The notes under the pieces were generated by a model. It did no database searches and was not told the origin of the DNA. It saw only the letters and a list, made by a program, of their open reading frames with translations. Both the position numbers and the translations under genes were made by a program. This document shows, piece after piece, positions 39,190 through 53,387 of a stretch of DNA of 64,000 nucleotides. The stretch's first letter is position 1. Each line of letters opens with the position of its first letter. Origin of the DNA: Octopus vulgaris (taxonomy: Eukaryota); contig OX597816.1 of the NCBI GenBank assembly GCA_951406725.2, positions 26,040,001 through 26,104,000 of the forward strand, read 5' to 3'.

Positions 39190-40382
39190 CATGCGTACAT
39201 ACAAGCATATATGTATGCGTGTGTGTGTGTGTGTGGCGTTCGTAAGATCATGGTTTCGATTCCTAGACAGGCAGTGCATTGTGTTCTGGAGCAAAGCAAT
39301 TTATTTCACTTAGCTGTAAATAGATAAGTGGAATCACATTGCCTAGTGGTTAGAGCAGCGAATTCGCGGTCGAGTGATCACGGGTTCGAATCTCAGACCG
39401 GGTAATGTGTGTGTTTATGAGCGAAACACCTAAGCTCCACACGGCTCCGTCAGAATGTAATGGCGAACTTCTGCTGACTCTTTCGCCGCAACTTTCTCTC
39501 ACTCTTTCCTCCTTGCAGCTCACCTGCGACGGACCGGCGTCCCGTCCAGGTGTGGAACCTAAATGGCAAGGAAACCGGAATACCGGTCCTATGCTCCACA
39601 AAAAGGACTAAGAAGAAGAAGAGTAAATAGATAACCATTTAACGAACTGGCGTTCCTCTCAGGGAGAATGTTGGTGCGTTCGTCTAACCAGAGGGTTGGT
39701 ACCATTCGGAAGGTATAGCAATGCAAGGAAGCGCATTGTGATGAGCGGTGTATAGCAACATCCGACAGTCTGGTCAATAATGTAATACATATGAAGGAGT
39801 GCTGAAAGAAAAATAAAAGAGGATCAATTAATTATGATTTTTATCTTACATATTCCCTTCTCAGATTCATACATTTATTGGGGCGGTGGGTCTTCAGTTT
39901 TTCTAACCCCTGGAAGAGAACTCAGAATGTTGGACCTCCACCCAGGCTTTTCACGAGACTTTTAAAACCGAGAACTTTTCAGGACTCTCTTGTATAATGT
40001 ATACACACAAACACTCACTGCGCGCGTGCATATACGAATCTGTGTTAATTTATCGATGTGTAACTATGCTGGCATAAATTGGCTGAGAATATATTTTATA
40101 TCGAATCACCAATTATATTCAAGCTGTGTAACTATTGAACCTTCGAAGCAACACATAAGGTTTCAATCCACCACAGTATTAGATATGAGATATTCTCTTT
40201 CAATTGACATCTCCCATGTGAGCAAACAACGCTGGAATTTAATTGCTATAAAAACATTTCGCAGAATCAATAACTGCAAGCGCTGTGCTGTCAGCTTACT
40301 TTTGACACCCTGCTATGAGGTCTTTAAGAGCTCACTGACTCCCGCTGTTTGAGTGCAATGCACAAGAAAAGAGGATAACATA

Positions 40383-40384
<2 letters not shown>

Positions 40385-40446
<62 letters not shown>

Positions 40447-40508
40447 TAATAATAATAATAATAATAATGATAATAATATTAATAGTAATAATAATAATAA
40501 TAATAATA

Positions 40509-40554
<46 letters not shown>

Positions 40555-40619
40555 TAATAATAATAATAATGGTAATAATAATAATAATAATAATAATAGT
40601 AATAATAATAATAATAATA

Positions 40620-40650
<31 letters not shown>

Positions 40651-40721
40651 CAATAATAATAATAATAATTGTAATAGTAATGATAAAAATTATAATAATG
40701 ATGATGATGACGATGATGATG

Positions 40722-40798
<77 letters not shown>

Positions 40799-40975
40799 AA
40801 TAATAATAATAATAAATAATAATAATAATAATAATAATAACAATAACAATAATAATAGTAATAATATATTAGTAATAATAATGATGATGATGATGACGAC
40901 GACGATGGTAATAATGACAATGATAATGATAATAATAATAATGATAATAATAATAATAATAATAATAATAATTGT
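40385..40975. repeat. Long (AAT)n/(GAT)n microsatellite
   Basis: Direct reading; source of the poly-I and poly-L ORFs. Confidence 0.97.
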
Positions 40976-41297
40976 GATTACTTAGGCACACCCATAGAAA
41001 ACAGTGAAAAGATGGTAAAAAAGAAACCGACCTGGGTAAAACGCTAGTGGTATTTCTGTTATTTGCAGTAACACGGGGGACAAATAAAAAGATAGTGCAT
41101 GACTGAGAGGTGGGGGCGGGTTTTAGAAAACTCGTTTTTTGAAAAGGTCATATCAGAGCTCTCGCATTGTTTAAGATTGCTGATACACGTACAAAAGATA
41201 CTAACTATTTGTTAGTGTGGGTCACTGAGTATATCTTGTGCCTCTCCCACACCTAGCAAACTAGGTGTTCATTATTGCGGTAATATGAAATAGTCAT

Positions 41298-41532
41298 CAA
41301 GACGGTGGGCTGGCAGAAACGTTAGCACACCAGGCGAAATGCTTAGCAGTATTTCGTCTGCCGTTACGTTCTGAGTTCAAATTCCGCCTAGGTCGATTTT
41401 GCCTTTCATCCTTTCGGGGTCGATAAATTAAGTACCAGTTACGCACTGGGGTCGATCTAATCGACTTAACCCGTTTGTCTGTCCATGTTTGTCCTCTCCG
41501 TGTTTAGCCCCTTGTGGGCAGTAAAGAAATAA
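41298..41532 (+). mobile_element. SINE type A monomer
   Basis: Matches the consensus. Confidence 0.87.
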
Positions 41533-41799
41533 GAAAAACTATGACTTGAAATATATGACTTGTAAAATATGACAAAAAAATGGGATCAGCGGTTCTAGAA
41601 CGAGAGGACGGAATTTCTAGGGCTAGAATTAATTAAATTCGCGGAAGTTTGGAAAATAAAACTGTCACGATCCTTTATGACAAGTTAATTCATTGGAAAG
41701 TGAATTCAAAAATTGCTCTCCCAAAAAACAAAAACATTTGGTTAAAGCGCATGAGTAATACTGCTTCCGAATTGGAATATGACACACTTAAATGTAACG

Positions 41800-42327
41800 T
41801 CGCCCTTTTCAAGCTCATGGGCCCAGTTTCCCCAGTTTATGTGGCGTATGTATTCTTCCCAGCTGGACGGGACACCTTTCCATCGCAGCGTTACTCAAGA
41901 AACAGGAAGAGAGAGAAAGTTGTGATGAAAGAGTACAACAAGGGTCGCCACCACCCCCTGCCGGAGCCTCGTGGAGCTTTTATGTGTTTTCGCTCAATAA
42001 ACACAAACAACGACCGGTCTGGGAATCGAAACCGCGATCCTCCGACCGCGAGTCCGCTGCCCTAACCACTGGGCCATTGCGCCTCCACGCACTTAAATAT
42101 ATATTTCTCTACTACCCACAAGGAGCTAAACATAGAGGGGACAAACAAGGACAGACAAAGGGATTAAGTCGATTACATCGACCCCAGTGCGTAACTGGTA
42201 CTTAATTTATCGACCCCGAAAGGATGAAAGGCAAAGTCGACCTCGGCGGAATTTGAACTCGGAACGTAACGACAGACGAAATACGGCTACACATTTCGCC
42301 CGACGTGCTAACGATTCTGCCAGCTCG
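41800..42327 (-). mobile_element. SINE type C (41800-42088) adjacent to SINE type A (42101-42327)
   Basis: Both match their consensus sequences. Confidence 0.85.
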
Positions 42328-42964
42328 AAGTATAGTAGACTGAAATTATATGACCGTACTCTAATCGTACAATCAAGTACCAGATGTTAACCCTCGTAAT
42401 ATATTACTGCAATCACATTGCCGATATACCAAACGGATGCCAAAAACAGAAAACAAAACCATGTTCTGTATATGTTAAAACATTCTGAATGAGAGATTCT
42501 CATTACGAAGGAAGCATTTAGAGATACTCACAGCCATAAAATCTTAACACAAAAGGAATTTGACTGAAAAATCGTAAACATATATATATAATGCCATAGA
42601 AGTGTTTGGGAGTTACGAAATTTGAAACCCTGGAACAGCAGCTAGCTTATGTTGTGTAAACGAAACTCACTACTACATGTGAAATATAAAGCAAATTAGC
42701 GTGATATAAACGAAAGACGCTAAAAGCTAAACAAAGTACTTGACAAAGATCTTAAATCAGCCTATCAGAATTTTAATATAATACATCGGTCTATCAGAAC
42801 TTTTACATAAACAAGACAGTTAATGTCACCAAAATTCGAAGTAGAATATTACAAGAAACCCCTGATGGGACTAAGAGTTTGATTTAACAAGAAATCCAAA
42901 ATAAACTCAAAGTGAGAAAAAAAAACTACAAATACGTGACTCAGACTGAATTAAGAATAAATAT

Positions 42965-43560
42965 AATATTGGTTTCAAATGTTAGCCTAAGGCTAGTAAT
43001 TCCGGGGGATGGGAATAAGTCGATTACATCGTTCCCAATATTCAGTTGGTACTTATTTTATCGACTCCGATAGAATAAAAGACAAGGTCAGCCTAGGCAG
43101 AGTTTGAGTTAAAAACATAAAGATGGACGAAATGCGGATAAGCAATTTGGTCGGCGTGCTAACGATTCTAATTTCTTTATTGCCCACAAGGAGCTAAACA
43201 CAGAGGGGACAAACAAGGACAGACAAGGGGATTAAATCGATTACATCTACCCCAGTGCGTAACTGGTACTTAATTTATCAACCCCGAAAGGATGAAAGGC
43301 AAAGTCGACCTCGGCGGAATTTGAACTCAGAACGTAACGGCAGACGAAATATCTATTTCTTTACGACCCACAAGGGGCTAAACACAGAGAGGACAAACAA
43401 ACGGATCAAGTCGATTACATCGACCCCAGTGCGTAACTGGTACTTATTTAATCGACCCCGAAAGGATGAAAGACACAGTCGACCTCGGCGGAATTTGTAC
43501 TTAGAACGTAAAGACAGACGAAATACCGCTAAGCATTTCGCCGGCCTGCTAACGATTCTG
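42965..43560 (-). mobile_element. Old type A variant plus a type A dimer
   Basis: Junction GACGAAATATCTATTTC at ~43345. Confidence 0.82.
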
Positions 43561-43929
43561 TCCGTTTACTGCCTTGAATAAATGCAATATTAAATTACTA
43601 ATGGATTAGTAGTGTTTCGTGTGATTGCTTTAATGTACTACATAACATATCTATACATCTAATAGTCCAAACTATGTATTACGACGAATATAAACAATAC
43701 GTCTATACAAGTTCGTGTGTAAAAAAAAAAAGAGAACCACTCTTCCTTCCTTTTTTTTTTCACTTTTTTGTTCAGTAACATATTGTATAGACGTATATTG
43801 TTTACATTTGTCGCAAAACGGTATTGCTTCCCATTTTTCTGTCCAAGAACATGTCTCATAGACGTATTACTTACATTCTTCTTAACGTACAAAGTTGGTT
43901 ATTAATCTATAGTACATTATATAGCTATA

Positions 43930-45500
43930 ATCGGAATAGTACTGGAATAAATACTTTAGAAACAGCCAAATTTCAGATCACCAGATCTAGATAGTGTAAC
44001 AAGATATTAATTACGAATACTTCACCATCGCCTCAAAGGGGTTCATTTTATTGTATGAAAGGAGTATAAAGGACACATTAGAGCTTCCGAAATTGGCACG
44101 TGCAAAACCAACCAAAGAAATAATTGTAGCTTAATAGCTTACCAGAACGTTTCGCGCATGATCTGTACCAGATAATATCAATATACCTCTTTAATAGTCT
44201 GCTGTTGATGATATTATATTAATGATATTACAACAGCTGAATAAGCTGTAGGTAATAGGAATATTCAGCGCAGTACAAAATTCCTCATTGTTAAAGAAAA
44301 TGAATGAAGAATGATGCACCGGATCATGGATGTAGAGTAGTTGGACTATGACCTTATGTTTGATAGTAAGGCGGCGAGCTGGCAGAAACGTTAGCGCGCC
44401 GGGCGAAATGCTTAGTGGTATTTCGTCTGCGGTTACGTTCTGAGTTCAAATTCCGCCGAGGTCGACTTTGCCTTTCATCCTTTCGGGGTCGATAAATTAA
44501 GTACCAGTTACGCACTGGATTCGATGTAATCGACTTAATACCTATGTCTGTCCTTGTTTGTCCCCTCTGTGTTTAGCCCCTTGTGGGTAATAAAGAAATA
44601 GAAATAGGTATTTCGTCTGCGGTTACGTTCTGAGTTCAAATTCCGCCGAGGTCGACTTTGCCTTTCATCCTTTCGGGGTCGATTAAATAAGTACCAGTTA
44701 CGCACTAGGGTTTATATAATCGACTTAATCCGTTTGTCTGTCCTTGTTTGTCCCCTCTGTGTTTATTATTCCTTGTGGGTAGTAATGAAATAGGTATGTC
44801 GTCTGTCGTTACGTTCTGAGTTCAAATTCCACCCAGATCGACTTTACCTTTCATCCTTTCGAGGTCGATAAATAAAGTACCAGTTACACAGTGGGGTCGG
44901 TATAATCTACTTAATCCGTTTGTCTGTCCTTGTTAGTCCCCTCTATATTTAGCCCCTTGTGGGTAGTAAAGGAAAAGACATTATATTTGATAGTGTATTA
45001 CATTACAGGAAATCTGAGAACCGCTGATAGACAAAGTATCAGAACAACATTCAAGTTGTCTAGTGCTTGGCAATCCTAGTTCTCATTCATTATATCCATC
45101 GGGAAGCACAATTTAACATCAATTTAGGCAGACATCAAGAGCAACGATTACTATCGGCTGTTATATGTACTACAGGGCGACAGTTTGTGTTCACTATTGT
45201 TTACCCTCTAACCGAATGCACAGTTATAAATAAGTTTTAAATATTAAATGCAGTTTGTTTAAATAATCAGTACGTACACAATGAAGGGTGATCGCGGGAT
45301 TTCTAAATCTTTGGAGTAATATATGAGGCCCAGGTTATAAAAGTAAAGTAAAATCTACAGTAAACGAAACTCTCAGATATATGCCACAATCAAGAAATAG
45401 ATCAGCAATCTTACTTGAATTCTCGTGAGAAACGTAAAAGAGAAGGAAGGCATTCATAGACCACAGCAAACAGGTTTGCAGCGCCAGCGTCCGAAGTACA
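43930..45500 (+). pseudogene. Highly decayed non-LTR RT (possibly R4/Dong-like), split by the SINE A trimer
   Basis: Removing the trimer and one TSD restores LDYDLMFDSVLH (compare xDYxKAFDSVxH); FNINLG..Q-like stretch at ~45110. Confidence 0.45.
44368..44976 (+). mobile_element. SINE type A trimer
   Basis: GGTAT motif recurs at 44417, 44607 and 44793; 18-bp TSD with 2 mismatches (44350-44367 / 44977-44994). Confidence 0.9.
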
Positions 45501-45527
45501 AATTCATTTTATTTATTTATTTTATTT

Positions 45528-46093
45528 ATGCGCCCTTTTCAAGCCTAGCTAGACTCATGGGTCCGGTTTCCCGGTTTCTGTGGCGTATGTGATCCCCCCC
45601 CTAGCTGGACGGGACGCCAGTCCATCGCAGCGTTACTCAAAAAGCAGTGAGAGAAAATTGGGGCGAAAGAGTACAAAGGTCCCCACTCCCACCCTACCGG
45701 AGCCTCGTGGAGCTTTTAGGCGTTTTCGCTCAATAAACACACACAACGCCCGGTCTAGGAATCGAAACCGCGTTGTTCGACCGCGAGTCCGCTGCCCTAA
45801 CCACTGGTCCATTGCGCCTCCACACAAATTCATTTTTAATTCTAATTATTATCAGAGGGTCTACATGGTTAAATACATACTCTTTTACTTGTTTCAGTCA
45901 TTTTACTTGTTTCAGTCATTTCAGACTGCGGCCATGCTGGTGCACCGCCTTTTAGTCGAGCAAATCGACCCCAGGACTTATTCTTTGTAAGCCTAGTACT
46001 TATTCTATCGGACGCTTTTACCGAACCACTAAGTTGCGGGGACGTAAACACACCAGCATCGGTTATCAAGTGATGTTGGGGAGACAAACACAG

Positions 46094-46126
<33 letters not shown>

Positions 46127-46299
46127 CATATATACGATGGGCTTCTTTCAGTTTTCGTCTATCAAATCCACTCACAAGGCTTTGGTCGTCTCGATGCTAT
46201 AGTAGAAGACACTTGCCCAAGATGCCACGCAGTGGGACTGAACCTGGAACCATGTGGTTCGTAAGCAAGCTACTTACCACGCAGCCACTCCTGCGCCTA
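45528..46299 (-). mobile_element. SINE type C (45528-45822) and SINE type B (45878-46299)
   Basis: Both match their consensus sequences. Confidence 0.87.
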
Positions 46300-47557
46300 G
46301 AATTACGACTGAAAGAATTACAACTGAACATAAAATCCTAAGAAAAATACAGAACCAGTACAAAGTACAAACTTCAGAACGGTATCCTAGTTGGAACGAC
46401 ATTAAAAAATGCTAAACGTTTAACGAAATTTAAAGAATGAATAGTGGTAGAAATATTAGGTTTTTTGTTATATTTTTGTGTTCTCGTTCTCTCTTACCAT
46501 GTCTTTTGTTATATTTCTGACTCTAACTTGTTTTCTAGTAACTATGCTATCAGAAGAAAGATGCATACAGTCGAGTATATAATGCTGTATGTATGCACAA
46601 ATGTACGAGTTTATTTAAGTGTGTTTCAGACATCGAGGTCATATTTAATAACCAGCAGCTGTGAGTTGCTTTTAAAGGAGAATGAGTCTTTTATGAACTG
46701 CCCGGTAAGGCTTTTTCTTCTTCTGAAGTATGAATAATTAAGTCAGTTATTCGTACATTACAATGCTTTATTTCACAGCAAAGACGGCAATTAAATATTA
46801 AATGTAAAATGGAATCAAGTGCTCATAGCACTAAGGAGGTAAATTGTTACATACAAATAAGGGTACAAGGAACAAGTCCTCGGTCATCCGGATCATTGTT
46901 GATTGTAAAATTATTAAAAATATTCATTGTCACAAACGTATATAATCATTGCTGTTTTCTATTCTTATATCTTTTAATATAACTGTTTCAGTCACTTGTC
47001 TGCAGCCATGCTGGGGCTCGACCATCAAGGGTTTTAGTCGGATATATTGATCCTAGTGCCCTTTTATTTAAAAAAAAATCTGGCACATTTTTCATCCATC
47101 TCTGTTGCTGAACCATTCAGTTGTGAAGACTTAAACAAACCAACACCGGTTATAAAGTGTTGTGCGTGTGTGGGTGTTTTCTACGATTTTCTTCTCTTCT
47201 ATTTATCCTATATTTTTTCAAAATCTCTCTCAAGCATTACCCATTACAATTCGTCTTGACCTAACGGCCCTTAATGTTTCGTCCACTTTGTTGGTGTCTG
47301 TTCGTTCGAAGCCCTAACTCTCCACAAATTTTATATTTTAAATATTTCTGGATGCTACTGTCTTATGAAGTTTTCCCATCTTATCGTTAAAAGCACAAAA
47401 TAGGGGACTAATAAACAGTCCGACAACTGATGAACGAGTTATTTTCTTTTGGTATTTTATCCTATAATTTTATCTCATGTGTCTACGTATTTTTCACTCG
47501 TTGGTGTTGCCCTGTACTTAATGTGTATTTTTTATTCATGTACACACACACACACAT

Positions 47558-47646
<89 letters not shown>

Positions 47647-48764
47647 ATATATATACGCACACATATACACACATTCATATATGCGGCAGGTACGATACGA
47701 TTACCATCTACAAAATTCACTCATAAAACATTGGCCGGACCACGACGACAACGAAATAGTTAACCAGAGCGCATTGAAGCGGGACTCAACTCGAAACCGA
47801 AACCACATGCTCGCAAAACGAGATTCTTAATCACACAATCACGCAAGTGTTTGTGTGGAGAATTCCTATTTATTGAACCTAAATTTCCATGTATGTATAT
47901 TCATACATACATGGAAACCTTCAGCTTCTACATTCAAGTTACAAGCACGCAATTATGCCGATAATAATTGGTGCACTTAGTTTAGTTAGTAAATGTCCAT
48001 GTGACAATCTGGAAATTCAGAAAAAGAAATAATCTAACTAACACGCACATTATAGTACAATCCCAAAGCGGAATATTAAAAATATGCAACACTTTTCTCA
48101 AGCTGTACATGCGACATTGTTTTTCTTAACTACAGTACAACGATGACGATTTTGCATCTTTGTTAGAAATCAACTCCTTCCTTATAGGAAGAATTCAAAC
48201 AATGAAAAATAGCAGAGACGCTACATGCATACTTACATGCAAGCATAAACACATGTGTGTTTGTGCTTACGATTGCTTGTCTGGGTGTACATTGCTACGC
48301 ATGTATGTTCGTGTGCAAACATATAAATATACGCCAGCTGGTAGCAGTAATTTATGTAATTTATCACCTGACAGTTAGTAAATATAATATGTTGTCATAA
48401 AACGATGGAATAAACAGACGCCAGCAATCCTCACGCTTAACACGCTCATCGACGCACGATTACATGCATTAGGATCAAAGCCCATGCTACAGATTTCATA
48501 CAAAAGTATACAGACACACCCCTACCCCCTACACGTACACCACCACACGTGATGTTTTAGTCTAAATTAAGGTGGCAAGCTGTAAAAAGGTTTCTAACTT
48601 CCACAAGAGAGTACGAAATTAAAAGAATTTCGAGCCTACGTACATGCGTAAACACACATACACCCCCCCCCCCCATATATATATAAATTAATACAAACAA
48701 CCATGCGCAATGTGATACCATAAAGGAAAATATAAATCGTCACTAAATGAAACTAAGGGTGTCA

Positions 48765-48833
<69 letters not shown>

Positions 48834-49139
48834 GGCTCTTTCTGACAGAACAGATATTCCCTGCTGTATTCTGACGGGGATAATATCCATCAAGGACGCA
48901 CCATGTTTAAAATCTCGAAACAAAATCGTACAGCGTTTGGTCTTTTTAGTAGTAGAGAGCTTATATTGTTGAACATAGGTGGCTGGAAGTCAAAGCAATA
49001 CATCTCTGGGTACTGATGGTCATCTCTTTATCACTACAATGAATTATAATACAGTATATCTTCTAAACAAAAGATCCCTGCATATAGATGCATGTTGCTA
49101 GCAGAAATATATATGTTAATTCACATACACACATATCTG

Positions 49140-49220
<81 letters not shown>

Positions 49221-50954
49221 CTGGTGTACGCACTTAAAGCAGTATTAAATATAAAATGCTTGTTATACTTGATGCATATACAGTGCTGAAGGTAAATTAC
49301 TGCAGATTTCAGTCGAGACGTCTCTTTTAGATGCGCAGGGCTTGAAACCCAGTTTATAGGGACGAAAAACCAAATCGGCAGCGGTTAGCGAAAACGCCAA
49401 ATGAATTTCAGAGTTTTTGCGCTCTGTCAATGACGCGTACTCGCAAGTATCAATATGTCATGACGTAATTTTTCGCCTCCAATATAGGAATCAGTGAATA
49501 GTGCATTCGCAATACCACGTATAGTAGTATTCACTGTTTGCTGTGCGACAAGATACTTGCTACTCACAAGGCACACGAAGGCCGAAATTCATTTTTGGTC
49601 TTGTTACCAGCATCTGGGACGGTTTCAAGTCTCCCTCCTATATACGACATTTGCTATTTTTACACTGGCACGTCAATAAGAGTATTTTTTTTATATCTTG
49701 TATACACACAAAGTGAAACAAACATACATATATACATACATAAGCACATACATACATACATACATACATAAATACATACATACATACATACATACATACA
49801 TACATACATACATACATACATACATACATACATACATACACGCATACATACACACACATCCGCACTTTGTTTCACGCAGCATATGATATTGTGACTTTCA
49901 TCAGAGAAATACTAGTTTTTATACATGTTGTTCTTGCCACAAAGTTTTATGCAAGGAGATCCTCCCAGGACACATATTCAAAATTGTACCGATTTTAGAT
50001 CTATTTCCTACACCTATTTCTAATTTAAATATAAAATCACAAATTCTAAAACATAAGGCCCCACTACTTATTTAATACACCCCAAGCTGGTGCAATTTCA
50101 TAAGCTTGAATCCTTATATATTTGTAGGGACTGTGTTGAATTAATGGCTTTGAACCCATATCATAAAGAGACGTAACTATATTCCGAATGGAATTTTGTC
50201 TGCTGCTGTACCAATTCTTTCAGACAGACTAAACCTTTCTAGGACAGGCAAAAGGACTTACATTTTAGAGAGGGCTGGTCGACTGCATCAACACCATTGC
50301 TCTACTGGTATTTATTCCTTCGCTCCAGAAACTTTAAAACGCAAAGTCGACCTCTGCAGGATTTGAACTCAGAACATAAAGATGACTGGATTGTCGCTAA
50401 GCATTTTGTCCCGCGTGTTATCTATTCCGCCAACTCGTCACCTTGGAAAGATAAAATGAAAGATAAAATAAAATAAATGTTTCTCACAGTCCCTGGGATA
50501 CTCTCAGGCTTAACGATGAAACCACGCTGTGTGTTTGTGTGAATGAACAGTATATGAATTACAAATTAAGTGTCAACGTTCGTTTTCTTTTCATCTCGTT
50601 AATCGCTATAAATTTTGCGACTTTTGTATGTTGTGCTCTAATTCAGGCTAATTACCATTCGGTTCACTGCAGCAGGTAAATAATAAACTATTTGTTGTTG
50701 TGAGAGTTTACTGGAAGGTCAACCATGATCGAACATATATCTGATTACAAGAAATACAACTGCGTTCCCCATGGCCATCATTCCATCTGTAGTGCATCTA
50801 GCAGCATGCCCGAAACACTGGATAATCCTCCATGTCATTCGACAATTTCACCTGAATCTTTCTGTCACTTTTACTAAATTAAACAAGTCTTGAAGATGCA
50901 TATCACCACCAGCCACTTTGGATTCTGCATTACCTTATATACACACAAACACCC

Positions 50955-50985
<31 letters not shown>

Positions 50986-51105
50986 ACGGTTCCGAGTTCA
51001 GTCCCACTGCGTGACATCTTGGGCAAGCGTCTTCTACTATAGCCTCGCGTTGAACAAAGCCTTGTGAGTGGATTTAGTAGACGCAAACTGGAAGAAGCCC
51101 GCCCG

Positions 51106-51173
<68 letters not shown>

Positions 51174-52440
51174 TCCCCGTAACATAGCGGTCCGGCAAAA
51201 GAGACCCATAGGATGAGCACTAGGCTTTAAAAAAATTCTATATATATATATATATGTATATCAGCAATTTTAGGTTTGCATTTTTCTATTTTTGCAATGC
51301 TTAGCACAACCGAAAAAAGTAAAGAAACGCCGTGGACCTTCATTTATTTGCCCTTGTGATCCGTTGTTCAGTCATCTCTTGAATCGGCTAAATGGCGGTG
51401 AAGAAAACTTTGTGGAAACACTGATATTGCACCAGACAATTAGAGCTTTTTGTTTGTTGTTAGTTCACACTTACCGGAAGAAATCCCGTGTTCGGGAACC
51501 TTTGATCTACTAAGTAATTGTTTCTTTATTCGAAAAATGTATTTGGCTAAAGTGCATAGACAATCTCTTCCCCAAATTTATGGAATATTTCTTCAAACTG
51601 AACAACCATTGCAATGCAGAATTTCATCTTGAAATAAAAAGTGAATATTTCCTATTTCATTTTTAGTTTTGCACGCGTAAGCATATAACATGAGTATAAT
51701 CTTTGTTATACATAATAAAAAATATTAACAAACAAAATTTGTATAATAGCAAGCAAGATTTCTCTTCGTTGTATTAAGTATGTAGGAGTGGAGAAGTAAT
51801 ACGCAATAAAAATGCTCTAAAAGGAAAACTGCCATGACTGCAATTAATCTTGGCAATATCTTGAATTTTGCTTCGTATGTCGATTTGTCGCAAATATAAA
51901 GGAGAGTGCTATAAAAATGTATTCTATTTATAAGCGTATTTTACTTTCCTGCGCTTGCATTCATTCAAATGAGCGTGACAACCAGAGATGCAATGCCTCG
52001 TTCATCTGAAGGATCAACCACTAACCATCTTCTCGAAGCGAGCACCAACTGGATGCCCGATCGATAGAACTGAAAACGACTCTATGAGTCTGAATGAAAC
52101 GCAAATTTACTTCAGTTCTGTGTAAGCATAAGCTTTTGCGAACATTTTCCTAATCATGATTACTCAGCTAAAACCGCTCAAAAGAGCAAAGATGATGGAG
52201 TTAACTGAAAATCGAATATATTTCTTACTGCCTTCATTACGCTAAATTCCCTGCTTTCGAAAAAGATTTAAAAGAAATATATACTTCATTCTTTTCTGTA
52301 TTCAATTTACATCATATGTGCTTCTAATGACGAACTAGAAGTCTTCTGAAAAAGGTATTTTTCACTCGTCAACACTGTTTTGCTGTATTCTAAGCACAAA
52401 GCACTTCACTTTATTTGCTCCAAATATATAAATCTAAATA

Positions 52441-52691
52441 TTAGGTTGGTGCTTAATTATTGCGGCTTTTTTTCAACAAATTTTATTCAACAAAAACAAT
52501 AACAACATGTAACAAAAACATCTTTAAATGACTATTCCGGAGCATATTCACCATCTACTTCAATTACTGCTTCTCATTTACTTGGCAGACGGTCAGACCG
52601 TCATTTAAAGATGTTTTTGTTAAATATTATTACTGTTTTTGTTGAATAAAATTTGTTGAAAAAAATCCGCAATAACTATGCACCAACCCAA
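52441..52691. mobile_element. Mariner MITE with long (~90 bp) TIRs
   Basis: TA|TTAGGTTGGTGC...GCACCAACCCAA|TA; the minus-strand interior encodes LPSK*EAVIEVDGEYAPE*, a mariner transposase C-terminus. Confidence 0.88.
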
Positions 52692-53387
52692 TAGTTAACA
52701 TGTAGCACTACTAAAGATTAATTACTCTACAATAAACGTGTGCTCTGATATAATGTGCAGTTCAGCTCAAACCGCTTTGCTTTGGAATATATAAGCGAGA
52801 AAAACATGGGACGTGTTCTCATTTGAATCACTACATAAATTCAACGATCTTACTGCTTGAACCAGCATTCAAAACTATAGGACATAACTCATACAATATC
52901 TAAAATATTGTTTTAAAAATTAAGAATCCTTATGAAACTGAAATACATTATAGCGTCAATTAAGACAAAAGAAGGAACGTGGAAGAAACGCCACTATTGC
53001 TCCGAAAAAGGCAGTGAATTTACAGACGTGTTAGGGTGATGGACAAAATACCTTACCATGTTCAGGCGGTGAAGTGACAGAATTGTTAGTACATCAGGCA
53101 AAAGGCTTAGAGGTATTTAGTATGTGTTTACGTTCTGAGTTCAAATTCCAATGAGGTCGACTTTGCCTTTTATCCTTTCGGGGTCAATAAAAGAAGTACC
53201 AGTTAAATACCGAGGTTGACGTAATCAACTTGCTCCGTCTCTTGAAATTGCTGGCCCTGGGCCAAAAGGTGAAATCAATATTTTTAGGCAAAGAAAAATC
53301 TTAAGAAAAACCAAATTTTGTGGAGACTCATGGTAGGATGTGTCAGTAAAAATTATACAAAAAATAAATTCATTGAGACATGTGTAT

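Noticed and set aside
40313-40985. Poly-Ile and poly-Leu ORFs of 178-210 aa
   Set aside because: Translation of the (AAT)n microsatellite.
47262-47310. Hammerhead-like GAAACATT motif on the minus strand
   Set aside because: The core lacks the essential G5 and helix II is poor.
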